DNA of 64,000 bases, taken from an uncultured delta proteobacterium. Its GTDB lineage: Bacteria > Desulfobacterota > Binatia > UBA9968. The stretch covers positions 232,173-296,172 of the forward strand of contig CAWJZV010000014.1 in the NCBI GenBank assembly GCA_963847445.1. Direction: 5' to 3'. Every line of letters starts with the position of its first letter. Position 1 is the stretch's first letter. The notes under the pieces are model-generated. The model worked only from the letters and a program-made list of their open reading frames with translations. It made no database searches and was not told the origin of the DNA. Both the position numbers and the translations under genes were made by a program. Below are positions 47,725 through 57,464 of this stretch, piece after piece.

Positions 47725-48939
47725 CTAATCCCCTTTGGCGCACGCCGGTGAAAGAATCGATCTTGACCAGCCCGCCTGCTTTTTCGCGTTCGCTAAAGCG
47801 CGCGGCTGGCGCCCCGGCGCACTGATTCAATATCGTTGAGAATAAGCTTGCGCAGCAGGATCACGCCGCGATCGGAGACGGCCAGTTGCTCGCTGCGCTC
47901 GCCCAACAATTTTTGCGTTGCCTGGCAGGCGATGTCTTCGGTGCGCACATTGCCGCGAAAGGGCGAAAATTTGCGCCGGTCGTAGGGCTTCTTCTCCATC
48001 TGCGCCTGCACCTTGCGGCTCGGCGCCAGCTTGGCGAAAAATTCTTTGTCCGGACCGGTGTAGTGATTCACCGTGTACAGGGTGAAGCTGGCGTCGTCGT
48101 TGGGCGTAACGAACATCAGATGCGCGTTGTGCGAGCCGGCGGCGAGCGCTTCGGGCGGCTGCTTGAAGTGGGTGAACTCGGTGTCGCCGATCTGCAGAAT
48201 CGCCGGCAAGGCGAAACTTTTCTCGTCGACATATTCGCTATCCGACGGTCGGTCCTGGTTTGCGCGAGATCACTTTCATGCCGTAGGGCATCTCGACGGC
48301 GTCGAATGGCGGGATATCATGAAAGTTGAAAAACCAACTGCGCCAGGTGCCGTCGTTGGGATCGGCGCGATGGAGGATCGAAAAGTGCGCCGGGTCGGCG
48401 CCGTTCTCGATGAAGTTGAACCAGTTGTAGTTGTACAGACGGCGTCGCTTCGAGGGAGCGTTGACCCTCCTCGCTGACCAAGGGCAGGTAACGCGGCAAT
48501 GGCGGTGGATATCTCGTCCGCTCCCAGATAAGCGAAGAGCAAGCCGCCCTGCTCCTCGAACGGGTAAGACAAATGGCGAACCTTCTTGGCAAAGCCGCGC
48601 TCCACCGGTTCCGCCGGCATCGCCAAACATTGGCCGCCCGACGTCGAACAACCAGCCGTGATAGGGACAGCGAATGCCGCCGTCTTCGATATCGCCATAT
48701 TCCAGCGACGTGCCGCGATGCGGACATTGTAGTCCGAGCAAACCGATGCGGCCCCGGTCATCGCGAAACAACACCAGTTCTTCGCCCAGCACTTTGACGG
48801 CTTGAGGAATGTCGCGCAGCTCGCTGCTCGTGCCTACCACCAGCCAATGGCGTCGAAACCAGTCGCCGGCCGCCGTGCCGCGGCCGACGTAGGGCAGATC
48901 GGCGAGGGAGAGTTTCTTCTGCCGTTTGCTCGCTGCCAT
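47725..48939 (-). CDS. Rieske aromatic oxygenase alpha subunit (multiple frameshifts)
   Basis: GDWFRRHW, CPHRGTSL...CPYHGW, ENGADPAHFSILH, EDIACQATQ; paralog of 42725-43962. Confidence 0.82.
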
Positions 48940-49063
48940 GGGCGGATCGATGAGGGTATTGGCTGGGGTTAGGCGCCTTCGCGATTCGCTAGACCGGATC
49001 GTCGTCAAGCTCCAACTTTTCACCCAAGCAACTCTGCTGGAAATCAAGGCCGACTATTTGAAA

Positions 49064-49140
49064 TGGTGGTCGCAGTAGGACTTGAACCTACGACCTCGCG
49101 CATGTGAGGCGCGCGCTCTAACCAACTGAGCTATGCGACC
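49064..49140 (-). tRNA. tRNA-Val (anticodon CAC)
   Basis: GGTCGCA acceptor stem, D-loop AGTTGGTTA, anticodon arm CGCGC-CTCACAT-GCGCG, GTTCAAG T-loop, encoded CCA; 77 nt. Confidence 0.97.
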
Positions 49141-49227
49141 ACTAGGAAATCTTATTCTAACACCTGGAACTCAAAGCTTCAACTGCGACCGTCTTGTGAC
49201 CGATAATATATTAATGGAGGAGTAAAA

Positions 49228-49390
49228 ATGAAAACGCAACGTGGCATGGGAACAGTCTATCAGCGGGGTCAATCCTGGGTGGTCGATTACTATAATATCG
49301 GGCAAGCGAGTACGCGGGACAGTTGAGGGTGCCGAGACCGAATCCCAGCCACGCCAGAAGCACCGGCCCATAGCGGAATTGGCATCTTAA
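49228..49390 (+). pseudogene. Tyrosine integrase N-terminal (arm-binding-like) remnant
   Basis: GGAGGAG RBS; MKTQRGMGTVYQRGQSWVVDYYNI/GKRVRGTVEGAETE, then truncated. Confidence 0.55.
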
Positions 49391-49433
49391 ATTTCATTAA
49401 AATAATTGCGACTAATCTTTCAGCTAGTTCCTC

Positions 49434-49641
49434 CTATGGTTCGATGGGCCTGCGGTTCCTCGCGTTCTTCGCCAGCCAAGCGTCCACCAATTCTCGCTTA
49501 AATCGCCATTGGTTGCCGACTTTAAACGCTGGAAGACCCTTTCGCGCCAGCAGCCGATAGACGGTGAATTTGTTGACGTTGAGGTATTCGGCAACTTGCT
49601 CAAGCGTAAGCAAGGGTTGCGAGGGGTGGAATTTTTTTCAT
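49434..49641 (-). CDS. Excisionase-like HTH_17 DNA-binding protein (frameshift in A-run just after ATG)
   Basis: LLTLEQVAEYLNVNKFTVYRLLARKGLPAFKVGNQWRFKRELVDAWL; this frame is absent from the ORF track. Confidence 0.85.
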
Positions 49642-49658
49642 ACCTTGGCCAATGACAA

Positions 49659-49674
49659 GGCAAGGAATGCGCCA
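49659..49674 (-). promoter_or_regulatory. Putative sigma54 promoter of the HTH_17 gene
   Basis: TGGCGC-ATTCC-TTGCC. Confidence 0.55.
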
Positions 49675-49882
49675 TTAATGAAAGATCCTGAAAAGGCTCA
49701 ATAGTTGCATTGAATAACCCAGAAAACGAATTCGACTGGTGAGAACTAACCTGATTCGCTTTTGCAGTTATAGAAAGTGGGCAATAAAGCCCTTTAGATT
49801 GAATAGGTTCGACTTCTAGCTACGTGCTTTTCGACTCGTCTACACGATGCGTCCGTAACCTGCCCGAAACACCGGACTGGCT

Positions 49883-50350
49883 TCACTTCCCTTGTTTCAA
49901 TCCTCTGACTACGGCAACCGCTTCAACTTCCACCAAGGCGCCCGCCGGGCGCAAGTTTTTCGCTTCGACGAAGGCGGTCGCGGGGCCCCAATCGCTGAAC
50001 GCCTCGCGGGCGCTTTTTTCCAACACGTCGCGCAACAAGCTATCGGTGCCATAGACAGTCAGAGTCACCACGTGGGCCGGCGAGACTCCCACTCTCGATG
50101 CCATCAGTCGCAGGTTCACCAGCGCTTGTCTTACTTGCCCGGTCAAATCCCCCGCGCCAACCAGGTCACCTTTCCTGTCCACGGGTCCTACCCTGGGAAA
50201 CACGAACACGGTCTCCAGCGCGTTCCTGAACACTTGAACGTCGCCCGTCGCCGCTACCTGTGCTTGCGCGAATGGCCACGCGGCACCGAGCATTAATAGC
50301 AAACCGGCGGCGAGCCAAGGTGAAATTCTAATGATCCGAATCATCGCCAA
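49883..50350 (-). CDS. RidA/YjgF-family protein with signal peptide
   Basis: GDLTGQVRQALVNL, WGPATAFVE...LVEVEAVAV. Confidence 0.75.
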   Translation of the reverse strand: MAMIRIIRISPWLAAGLLLMLGAAWPFAQAQVAATGDVQVFRNALETVFVFPRVGPVDRKGDLVGAGDLTGQVRQALVNLRLMASRVGVSPAHVVTLTVYGTDSLLRDVLEKSAREAFSDWGPATAFVEAKNLRPAGALVEVEAVAVVRGLKQGK

Positions 50351-50369
50351 GTAAAATTGTACCGCCAGC

Positions 50370-50723
50370 TCAACGTGGCGGATAGAGCCCGGTAAAAAAA
50401 CCTTCCTGTTCGAGTTCGCGCACCAGGGTCGAGTCGGTCAGCGTTTCGGCTGATTTTTCTTTAAGGCCCGGCTTGGCTGCGAACTCTGCGATGCCCAGGG
50501 AAACGTTATCCAACTTCGGGTAAGGCTTTTCAGGGATCGCGTGCTGGACATAGGTCCGGTGGATGAAATCTGACGACAACTGGATTCATGACCGGCGCGC
50601 GCCCGGTGCCGTCGATCAACATCGCGCCGTAAATGACCGTACAGCGGCATTGCGCTACTACCGAACCAGCGGAGCATAGGATGATGAAGCCGAGCGGCGC
50701 GCATCGTAATATATAGGGTTCAT
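50370..50723 (-). pseudogene. Chimeric relic: amidohydrolase 5' end joined to a binding-protein 3' end
   Basis: IYGAMLIDGTGRAPVMNPVVV, then HAIPEKPYP...DSTLVRELEQEGFF. Confidence 0.65.
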
Positions 50724-50739
50724 GGTCGTGAGGTTGCTG

Positions 50740-52438
50740 CTACTTGAATGAAACCACCAGGTAGACGGTGTTGGACTCCGAAGCGGCAACGCCCGGATCG
50801 ATCACGGTGACTTTATGCGTCCCCGCCGCTAGCGCCGGCACTTGAACTTCCAACTCCCTGCCGCTGAGAAACTTGCTCGCAGCTTTTTTACCGTTCAGCA
50901 GCACCTGATGCGACGGGCGAAAGTTGGCGCCGGCTAACTTCACCTGGCCGGCAGACGCCTTCAGTCAACGCCGCGGGGGAAATTTGCGATAAACTTGTGA
51001 TAAAACGATCCGACATCGGCCGCGGAATCGGGTTGCGATAATTGGCGTGGAACGAAGTGTCCACCGCTTTGCCCTCGCTAAATACTTTTTCAATATTCTG
51101 GGTCGCCGAGATATCTTTTATCACGTCGCCGCGCACGATCACCAAATCGGCGACTTTGCCTTTCTCGACGCTGCCAAAGTCTTTGTCTTTGCCCCAGGCT
51201 TGGGCGACGTTAAGACTCGCCGATTGGATCGCCACCAGCGGACTCAAGCCGGCGTCTATGGCGAGTTCAAGCTCGGCGTGCAGGCCATACGCCGGCAAGA
51301 GCGTGCCCGGATCCGACCCGGAATGCATCTTGCCGCCGGCGGCGACGTAACGGCGCGCGAAATCTTGCACCATTTTGTAAGCCGCGTCCAGCGGCGCGCG
51401 TCTTTCCGGCGTCATCTTTTCGAAGCCGGCGAAGTAGTTCTCCACGGCTTCCAGATTGTAAGCCGGCAAATACGATAGATTGGGAATCTTCAGCGTCGCC
51501 AATTCGCGTTTCTTCATCTCGGCCGCGCGCGGCGACAGCCCGCGAAACTGCGTCGCCCACGCCGGACTCCAGTGAATGTCTTTGGCGATCATCGCTTTGA
51601 TGATCTCATCGAATTGCTCCGGCACCATGTTGACATGGGACTCCACGGTGCCGACCTTGCCGACCATGCGGTTCATGTCGATCTCGGCGCGTTTCTTTGG
51701 GTCCTTGATGGTCGTGAACATCACCGCCCAGGAATGTTCGATGGACGTGTAGCCGGCGTCGATGGTCTCCCACATATTGACCGAGTGGCCGATCACCGGC
51801 TTGCCCAACTTGCGCGCCTCGTCGGCGATCGCCTTGGCGACTTCCGGTGACACCCGTTCGAGAACTTTGAAACCGTCCATGCCCTTCTCGACATGGGCGC
51901 GCACCGCTGCGCGCGCTTCTTCGTCGGTGCGCACAATGATGCTGCCGCGCTGCCAACGCTGCTCCGACATCCCCTGCGGCCGCGGCCCATCGAGCGCATG
52001 GCCGGATATCCACAGCCGCGGACCGCGAATCTTGCCTTTTTGTATGCCGTCCTTCTGAGCGATGATCCATTCCGTCGGGCTATTATTGATATCGGGGCAA
52101 GTGGTCACGCCGTAGGCGAGATAAAGTTCGCCGAGCCACTCCCAATAATGGCAGTGGCCGTCGATCAGCCCCGGCAAAATCGTTTTGCCCTTGGCATCGA
52201 TCACCTGCGCGCCCCGCGGAATCGTCACCTCGCCGCGCTTGCCGACCTCTTCGATGCGCCCGCCGGAGAAGACCACCACCGCGTCCTCCACCGGCGGCCG
52301 CCCGGTGCCGTCGATCAAAGTACCGCCGACAACAGCGACGGGCCGCGGCTGGCCAAATACCGGCGCTGCCGCGAGTGCAACAATAAATGCCAGAACTGTC
52401 TGAGCGCAGGGCATCAAACGCTTCATAAGAGTCTCCAA
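50740..52438 (-). CDS. Secreted amidohydrolase with C-terminal IPT/TIG-like domain (frameshift near 50950)
   Basis: GGTLIDGTG, PGLIDGHCH, GSD, GSVEKGKVADL; then LAGANF...FLSGRELEV...VTVIDPG...SN. Confidence 0.85.
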
Positions 52439-52714
52439 TCGTCAGATACGAATCGTCACGATTATTTCGTTGCCAGAATGTAATGATTGATTGCGCAGAT
52501 CGGTAATACCAAGCTTTGTCGGCAAATGACAATGGAATGATTTAGCCGATTCTTCTGAATCCTATTTGAGCTTCCGGTTCTATTCGCGCGTTGCTTGAAA
52601 GCCTTTTTAGGGACGGAGAACAAAGAACATTTCTACGAAAAGCCCTCACGACCAAGTGTCAATGTCAGAGTTAGGATGGGGATTGCTTGTTTGTTTAATT
52701 TCTAAAGAAGGACA

Positions 52715-52984
52715 TCATGCCGCCAACAGAGGCGCAATATCCGCTCGCTTCGCGGTCGGGAGCCCAAGGTCACGCAGGACTCTATTTAACTTCGCCAATG
52801 ACACCTTCTCGGGTGCAGTCATCTCGATGCCGATGGGTTTCCCGTCACGCCGAAAGTCGACCAGGAGTCCCGGACCGACCTCACGGACGCGCGCGCTGCG
52901 AGCCCTGGCGCGCCGCGGCAAGTGAAGATAGGCCGCAAACTGCTTTCCATGTCTATACGTCACTTCTAAGTACGGCTCTTTCAT
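52715..52984 (-). CDS. DUF2283-family antitoxin-like protein
   Basis: AAYLHL...EVGPGLLVDFRRDGKPIGIE. Confidence 0.75.
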   Translation of the reverse strand: MKEPYLEVTYRHGKQFAAYLHLPRRARARSARVREVGPGLLVDFRRDGKPIGIEMTAPEKVSLAKLNRVLRDLGLPTAKRADIAPLLAA

Positions 52985-53120
52985 CTTGTACCTCGGGTAA
53001 CCGGATAAGCTGTGACCACGATAATGACCTGGGCGCTCGCATCGGGTTCGAGCACAACCTCCCAGCGTCTGCGCCGCCAACGCGACACAACCACCCACCG
53101 TCCCGGCACGACGTCTGCAG
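52981..53120 (-). pseudogene. 3' fragment of DUF4258 (RelE-like) toxin
   Basis: VPGRWVV...WEVVLEPD...IIVVTAYPV; 5' part replaced by a DUF433 fragment. Confidence 0.6.
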
Positions 53121-53122
53121 TC

Positions 53123-53228
53123 ACCGCTAAAGATATACGCGCATGCCTCGCTTTTACTGCTGACCGTGAGCGCAAGCTCGCAACGCTTCCGGGATGAAAC
53201 TTCTATTCGACCAGAACCTCTCGTCGCT
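53123..53228 (+). repeat. Diverged partial duplicate of the DUF433/DUF5615 junction (53964-54069)
   Basis: accgctaaagatatacgcgc...ccgggatgaaacttctattcgaccagaacctctcg versus 53964-54069. Confidence 0.85.
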
Positions 53229-53306
53229 TTTGATTCAAGCCCAATTGGTTGTTTGCTTTAAGTTAATAGACAGTAGCCAAAATCAAAGTAACAAAGCCTG
53301 GCAACC

Positions 53307-53693
53307 CTACCCTAATTGGATTTTGCTGCCGTAGATACGCCTGATCGGCAAGGATTCAATATCTATGTTGTCCAAACACCTTACGTTAACGGCCCAACCG
53401 TCAAAAGGCGTTACCCCATCTTTCAATGTTTGTGGCGTTGGATCGCTCGGCCGTCGGAAAGGGAGGATGCCGCATGTTGGGCAAAAGTAGTCCACCGCCG
53501 TCCGAGAACCCCATTGATAGCGGACCAGTTCATCCCATGGAGTCAGCAGTCGAAGGCTTTCTCTAGCAACACGATGAATGAGCGCGCCTCTGCGAACACA
53601 GACCGAGCAGTCGCAAACCCGAACGTGATCGATCTCCGCGTCGACTTCGAACTTGACCTTGCCGCAATGGCAGCTCCCGCGGTAGGTTTTCAT
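53307..53693 (-). CDS. GFA (CENP-V/Mss4-like) Zn protein
   Basis: GSCHCG, CDCSVC, FCPTCG, AVNVRCL. Confidence 0.9.
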   Translation of the reverse strand: MKTYRGSCHCGKVKFEVDAEIDHVRVCDCSVCVRRGALIHRVARESLRLLTPWDELVRYQWGSRTAVDYFCPTCGILPFRRPSDPTPQTLKDGVTPFDGWAVNVRCLDNIDIESLPIRRIYGSKIQLG

Positions 53694-53813
53694 TGCGTCT
53701 AACAATTAGTACACAGGCAGGATTTTGTCGATATTAATACCTGCTAAAATCGCGCCGCGAGGAGAAGTCGATTGCCTTCTCCAGAGACCGTAGGTTATGC
53801 TATTATCCGAAGT

Positions 53814-54038
53814 ATGGATTATCAGAGAATCATAACCATTGAGCCGGATAAACGAAGCGGCAAGCCCTGCATTCGTGGCACGAGAATGACGGTTACCGAC
53901 GTGTTGGAATACCTTGCGGGAGGCATGACGCAGGAAGAATTGCTGGCGGAATTTCCCGATCTTACCGCTGAAGATATACGCGCGTGCCTCGCTTTCGCTG
54001 CCGACCGTGAGCGCAAGCTCGCAACTCTTCCGGGATGA
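53814..54038 (+). CDS. DUF433 antitoxin
   Basis: GKPCIRGTRMTVTDVLEYLAGGMTQEELLAEFPDLTAEDI. Confidence 0.92.
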   Translation: MDYQRIITIEPDKRSGKPCIRGTRMTVTDVLEYLAGGMTQEELLAEFPDLTAEDIRACLAFAADRERKLATLPG

Positions 54039-54366
54039 AGCTCCTTTTCGACCAGAATCTCTCGCCGCGTTTTCCTCGAATTCTAGCTGACATTTATCCT
54101 GACAGCCTTCACGTTCGGGAAATCGGCATGCGCGAAGCAACCGACACAGCAATCTGGGAATATGCGAAAACAAATGAATTCACGATTGTGTCGAAAGACT
54201 CCGACTTTCAAGCGCGCAGCTTACTGTACGGTAGCCCGCCAAAGTTTATCTGGCTGCGTGTAGGGAACTGTCCGGTCAAGCCCATCGAAGATTTGCTACG
54301 AAACCATTCGTAGCAATCCATACCTTTGCTCAAAACGAACGGCAGGCTCATTTGATGTTGCCGTGA
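54035..54366 (+). CDS. DUF5615 PIN-like toxin (frameshift near 54310)
   Basis: MKLLFDQNLSP, DTAIWEYA, IVSKDSDF, PPKFIWLRVGN; ATGA overlap with DUF433. Confidence 0.9.
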
Positions 54367-54578
54367 AGAGACCATTAGTTTAGAGGCATCGGTGCTTTGA
54401 GAGACCTTCAAGCTAACTGAAGAGAATGATTCACTTCCGCATGTCGAACCCTGTTAGCCGTCCATCGTCATGGATGGCGTTAACGCTAAAGTAAATAATA
54501 AAGCAGTGACTCGCATTTCTGCTATGCTCCGTTGATATGCGTGAAGTGGGGAATGCGACACGACCAGGAGTCGACTCG

Positions 54579-55229
54579 CTACCGTATCGGTCCTGTCGCA
54601 ACGGATGGTTGGAGGTGATTCGACTTCAGCTCGGTATGAGCTTCGCGCGCGACAAGGAAGGCCGAGCGCAAGAAAATCGCGCAGATAAACGCGCCGACCC
54701 CGATGTCCGGCCAAGGCGAAAGCGTGATCCGCACGGCCAATGCTGCCAACAAGACCGCAGCGTTTGCGATGAGATCATTTCGAGAGCAGAGCCACACCGA
54801 CCGCATGTTGATGTCCTCCGCACGGTGGCGCCAGAGCAAAGCGAAGCAGACGCCGTTCGCGGCCAGCGCAAGAGCAGCTATCGCACCCATTGTCTCAAAC
54901 ACCGGGAGCTGAGGGAAAAGTAACTTGTAGGCGACCTGCCCAAAGACGAACAGTCCAAAGAGTCCCATCACCGCTGCCTTGGCAAGAGAGGCGCGCGCTT
55001 TCCATACGGGACCGCGCGCGACGACGTAGAGACTAAAGCCATAAACCAGCGCGTCGCCGAGCATGTCGAGGGAGTCGGCGAGCAGCGCCACGGACCCAGC
55101 GAGCAAGCCCGACACAAGTTCCACGATAAACATCGCAGCGTTCACTAGCAGAACGAGGCGAAGTGTCGCCGTTTGCCGCCCGCGCAGTCCGTCGATAGCG
55201 CAACTTTTATCGATACAGCAATCGTCCAT
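54579..55229 (-). CDS. Cation diffusion facilitator-type transporter (membrane domain only)
   Basis: SVALLADSLDMLGD, NMRSVWLCSRND; N-terminal MDDCC...C. Confidence 0.88.
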   Translation of the reverse strand: MDDCCIDKSCAIDGLRGRQTATLRLVLLVNAAMFIVELVSGLLAGSVALLADSLDMLGDALVYGFSLYVVARGPVWKARASLAKAAVMGLFGLFVFGQVAYKLLFPQLPVFETMGAIAALALAANGVCFALLWRHRAEDINMRSVWLCSRNDLIANAAVLLAALAVRITLSPWPDIGVGAFICAIFLRSAFLVAREAHTELKSNHLQPSVATGPIR

Positions 55230-55877
55230 AATCCACAGACCTAACTATCAATAAATATAGACCGACGGTCGCCGATTTCAATCTCACAAAGCCTGCCAGC
55301 CAGACGAAGAAGGCGGTTTCTGCGCGAAGTTGTGAAGTCCGTCCGTGGCCCGAGAATCGAATCAATTGATCGTCTCAGTCGTGGAGTGCGGTGTTTGGGT
55401 AACGTCGCATGACTTAAACGGCTCAACGATATGATCGGCTGCGCAGATTATGTGTCAGCCGACATTAAAGGTTCTGTCTGGAAATTTAAGTGGCGGACCA
55501 CCCGAAAGATGTGCGTAGTTCGAAAACAGACGACGGCTTAAAGTTATCTCAGGGTAGTAATGATAAAAAGGTCTGACCATTTCTCCCTTTTTGATCCGGT
55601 GCTTGAAGGATAATGACTCCGCTGTGCCGAAGGTGGACATGGAACGCCACAGCGCCAAGGGGAAATTTCGTATGGTTGCTGGATTGATGCTTCGCGCTGC
55701 AGCACGGTAACGACCAGTTAAAATCGGTGGTCAGACTTTCGACGAAGGTAAGCTCATCGCAAAACGTAGCAAGGCGAAACGTGGTCGATCACACAATAAA
55801 TGGAAGGCAGCAATGCGATTCTACCTGGATTGCGATCTTTGCTTTACACAACAGCGCGCTGTGGTCGTAGAGCCGGG

Positions 55878-56526
55878 CTACTCTTTTTTCTTGAATGATT
55901 CGATGCCGCGCCCAAGAAAAACTGTAAGAGCGTCGACTCCGGTGGACGTGCCCATCCCTTTAAAGTAAGTTTCTTTTTTTCGAAAACGAGCGTCGGTCCG
56001 AATATAGGTCTTACCGATCCTATCGATGAGGGCCTCAGTCCTCATGAGGAATAAGCGGAAGTGGTGAGTCATTACGCAGGACAGTCTGCAAATCCGCGTG
56101 TGCCAGCATACGGTTTCTGATCATGCGAACCTTAACCAGGTCTGGTTCCAACGCTTTGAAGTCCTTGTCTAGTGCGTTCGCCGCTGCCGTCTCGCCAGCC
56201 TCACCAAGAACTTTGACAAATCCCGCAAACGAAGCGTTGGACCGGAGTCCACTGCTGCTCCTGCTTTGTGCAGGATCGCTCAAGCGCCCAATCTGGAAAT
56301 AAATTGTCCAGGGCAACCAGGACTGCAACAAGCTGAAAAAACGCGGAGCGGAACTATTGAGAATTTCTATTACTTCCTTAGATGAATAGAGCTGCGAGTA
56401 TGCAGACATGCTTAGGTTCAGATGACAGATCGCGTTCCAAAGATGACACGCAAGCTCGGCGACTGACTCGGGGTAGGTCTTTCGAAATTCCTCCGAAACC
56501 TCTTCGCTTGTCTGCTCGTGTGCCAC
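55878..56526 (-). CDS. HEPN AbiU2-like nuclease (frameshift near 56050)
   Basis: LNSSAPRFF...IGRLSDPA...NAS and RNRMLAH (HEPN Rx4-6H). Confidence 0.75.
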
Positions 56527-56546
56527 TCGACATCCTCTTCAATGTG

Positions 56547-57071
56547 TCACCGCATGGAAGGCTTCCATCTCGTGCGGATCACATGATTCTTAACTCCTTT
56601 ACCTTTGAGCAATTCTGAAAAGCGGTCCACGTGATTAGCCCCGCAAACAAAAAGAACGTTGTTGATTAAATGCGGCTGCAGTTTTCGAAACCAAAAGACC
56701 TCCCGAAGGTGCCACTGTTTTTTATGGAATTCGGAAAATGCCGCGTTGATTATCTCGTTGCATCCCGTTTCGTCTTTACGGACAAATTCCACCCACGACT
56801 TGTCTTCATATCCGAGTTGCTTCTTTTCTAAGGCGTTTGGTTCACACATGGTGTGAGTGATTCCGAGCGCAATAGCCAGCTTTCGACATACTGACTCTTG
56901 AGCGCCGTTCTCCCTTTGCAAGCATTCATCATTCATTTCTTCGGCGAGGTGGTGAATGTCTTTGGCTCGCACTTGCTTCAGAACGAAATTGTGGAATTCG
57001 CGTTCGTCGGGGTTTATCTTTGGATTAACTGCTTGGTAACGGTGCTCGTTGACGCCCAAGATATAAATCAT
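56547..57071 (-). CDS. Hypothetical protein with H...EE...RE...GxxH (TraB/GumN/EreA-like superfamily)
   Basis: YILGVNEH, LAEE, REVFW, LFVCGANHV. Confidence 0.55.
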   Translation of the reverse strand: MIYILGVNEHRYQAVNPKINPDEREFHNFVLKQVRAKDIHHLAEEMNDECLQRENGAQESVCRKLAIALGITHTMCEPNALEKKQLGYEDKSWVEFVRKDETGCNEIINAAFSEFHKKQWHLREVFWFRKLQPHLINNVLFVCGANHVDRFSELLKGKGVKNHVIRTRWKPSMR

Positions 57072-57089
57072 AGGACATTCGAAATGACG

Positions 57090-57422
57090 TTAGGCCGGAG
57101 TCGTGACGATCCACGTCACCTTTCGAAGGTGGACCCCGTGTTGCCCCGCCTGGCTTCTCGTTTTGCTCCGAGCCTTCACCCTCTGATTTAGCGATTGCAA
57201 CACTCCCGCATCCACCGCCGCAATCACATCCACCGCGGCATCCAATTCTTCCTCTGTCATACCCGCTTTCCTTGCGTCCGCAAGGCGCCGATCCACTCAC
57301 GGATCGCACAGCCGCATCATCGCCACGGCGAGTCCCATGAGCATCTTCTCGCGCTCGCTCAGACACTCGACCGCATGGGCGTCACGATAGAAAGTTCGAA
57401 AATCTGCTTTGTTGGTTGCCAT
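57090..57422 (-). CDS. AhpD/carboxymuconolactone-decarboxylase-like selenoprotein (CxxU)
   Basis: Continuous frame from ATG 57422 to TAA 57090 with one TGA (codon 42) in LSEREKMLMGLAVAMMRL-C-D-P-U-VDRRLADARKAGMTEEEL; hairpin 11 nt downstream. Confidence 0.8.
57270..57285 (-). promoter_or_regulatory. Putative bacterial SECIS element
   Basis: UGA-N11-CCUUGC(GGAC)GCAAGG hairpin with G-led apical loop. Confidence 0.65.
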
Positions 57423-57464
57423 CGATTTTTTCCTTCCGGGATAAATACTTCGGTGAGTCCTAAC

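Noticed and set aside
55455-55860. Possible gene or attI-like site (TTTTAAC-N5-GTTACCG near 55705-55722)
   Set aside because: No recognisable protein family and only a weak single match
57025-57366. ORF-track calls 57025..57366 and 57090..57296
   Set aside because: Better explained by one gene 57090..57422 with UGA read-through
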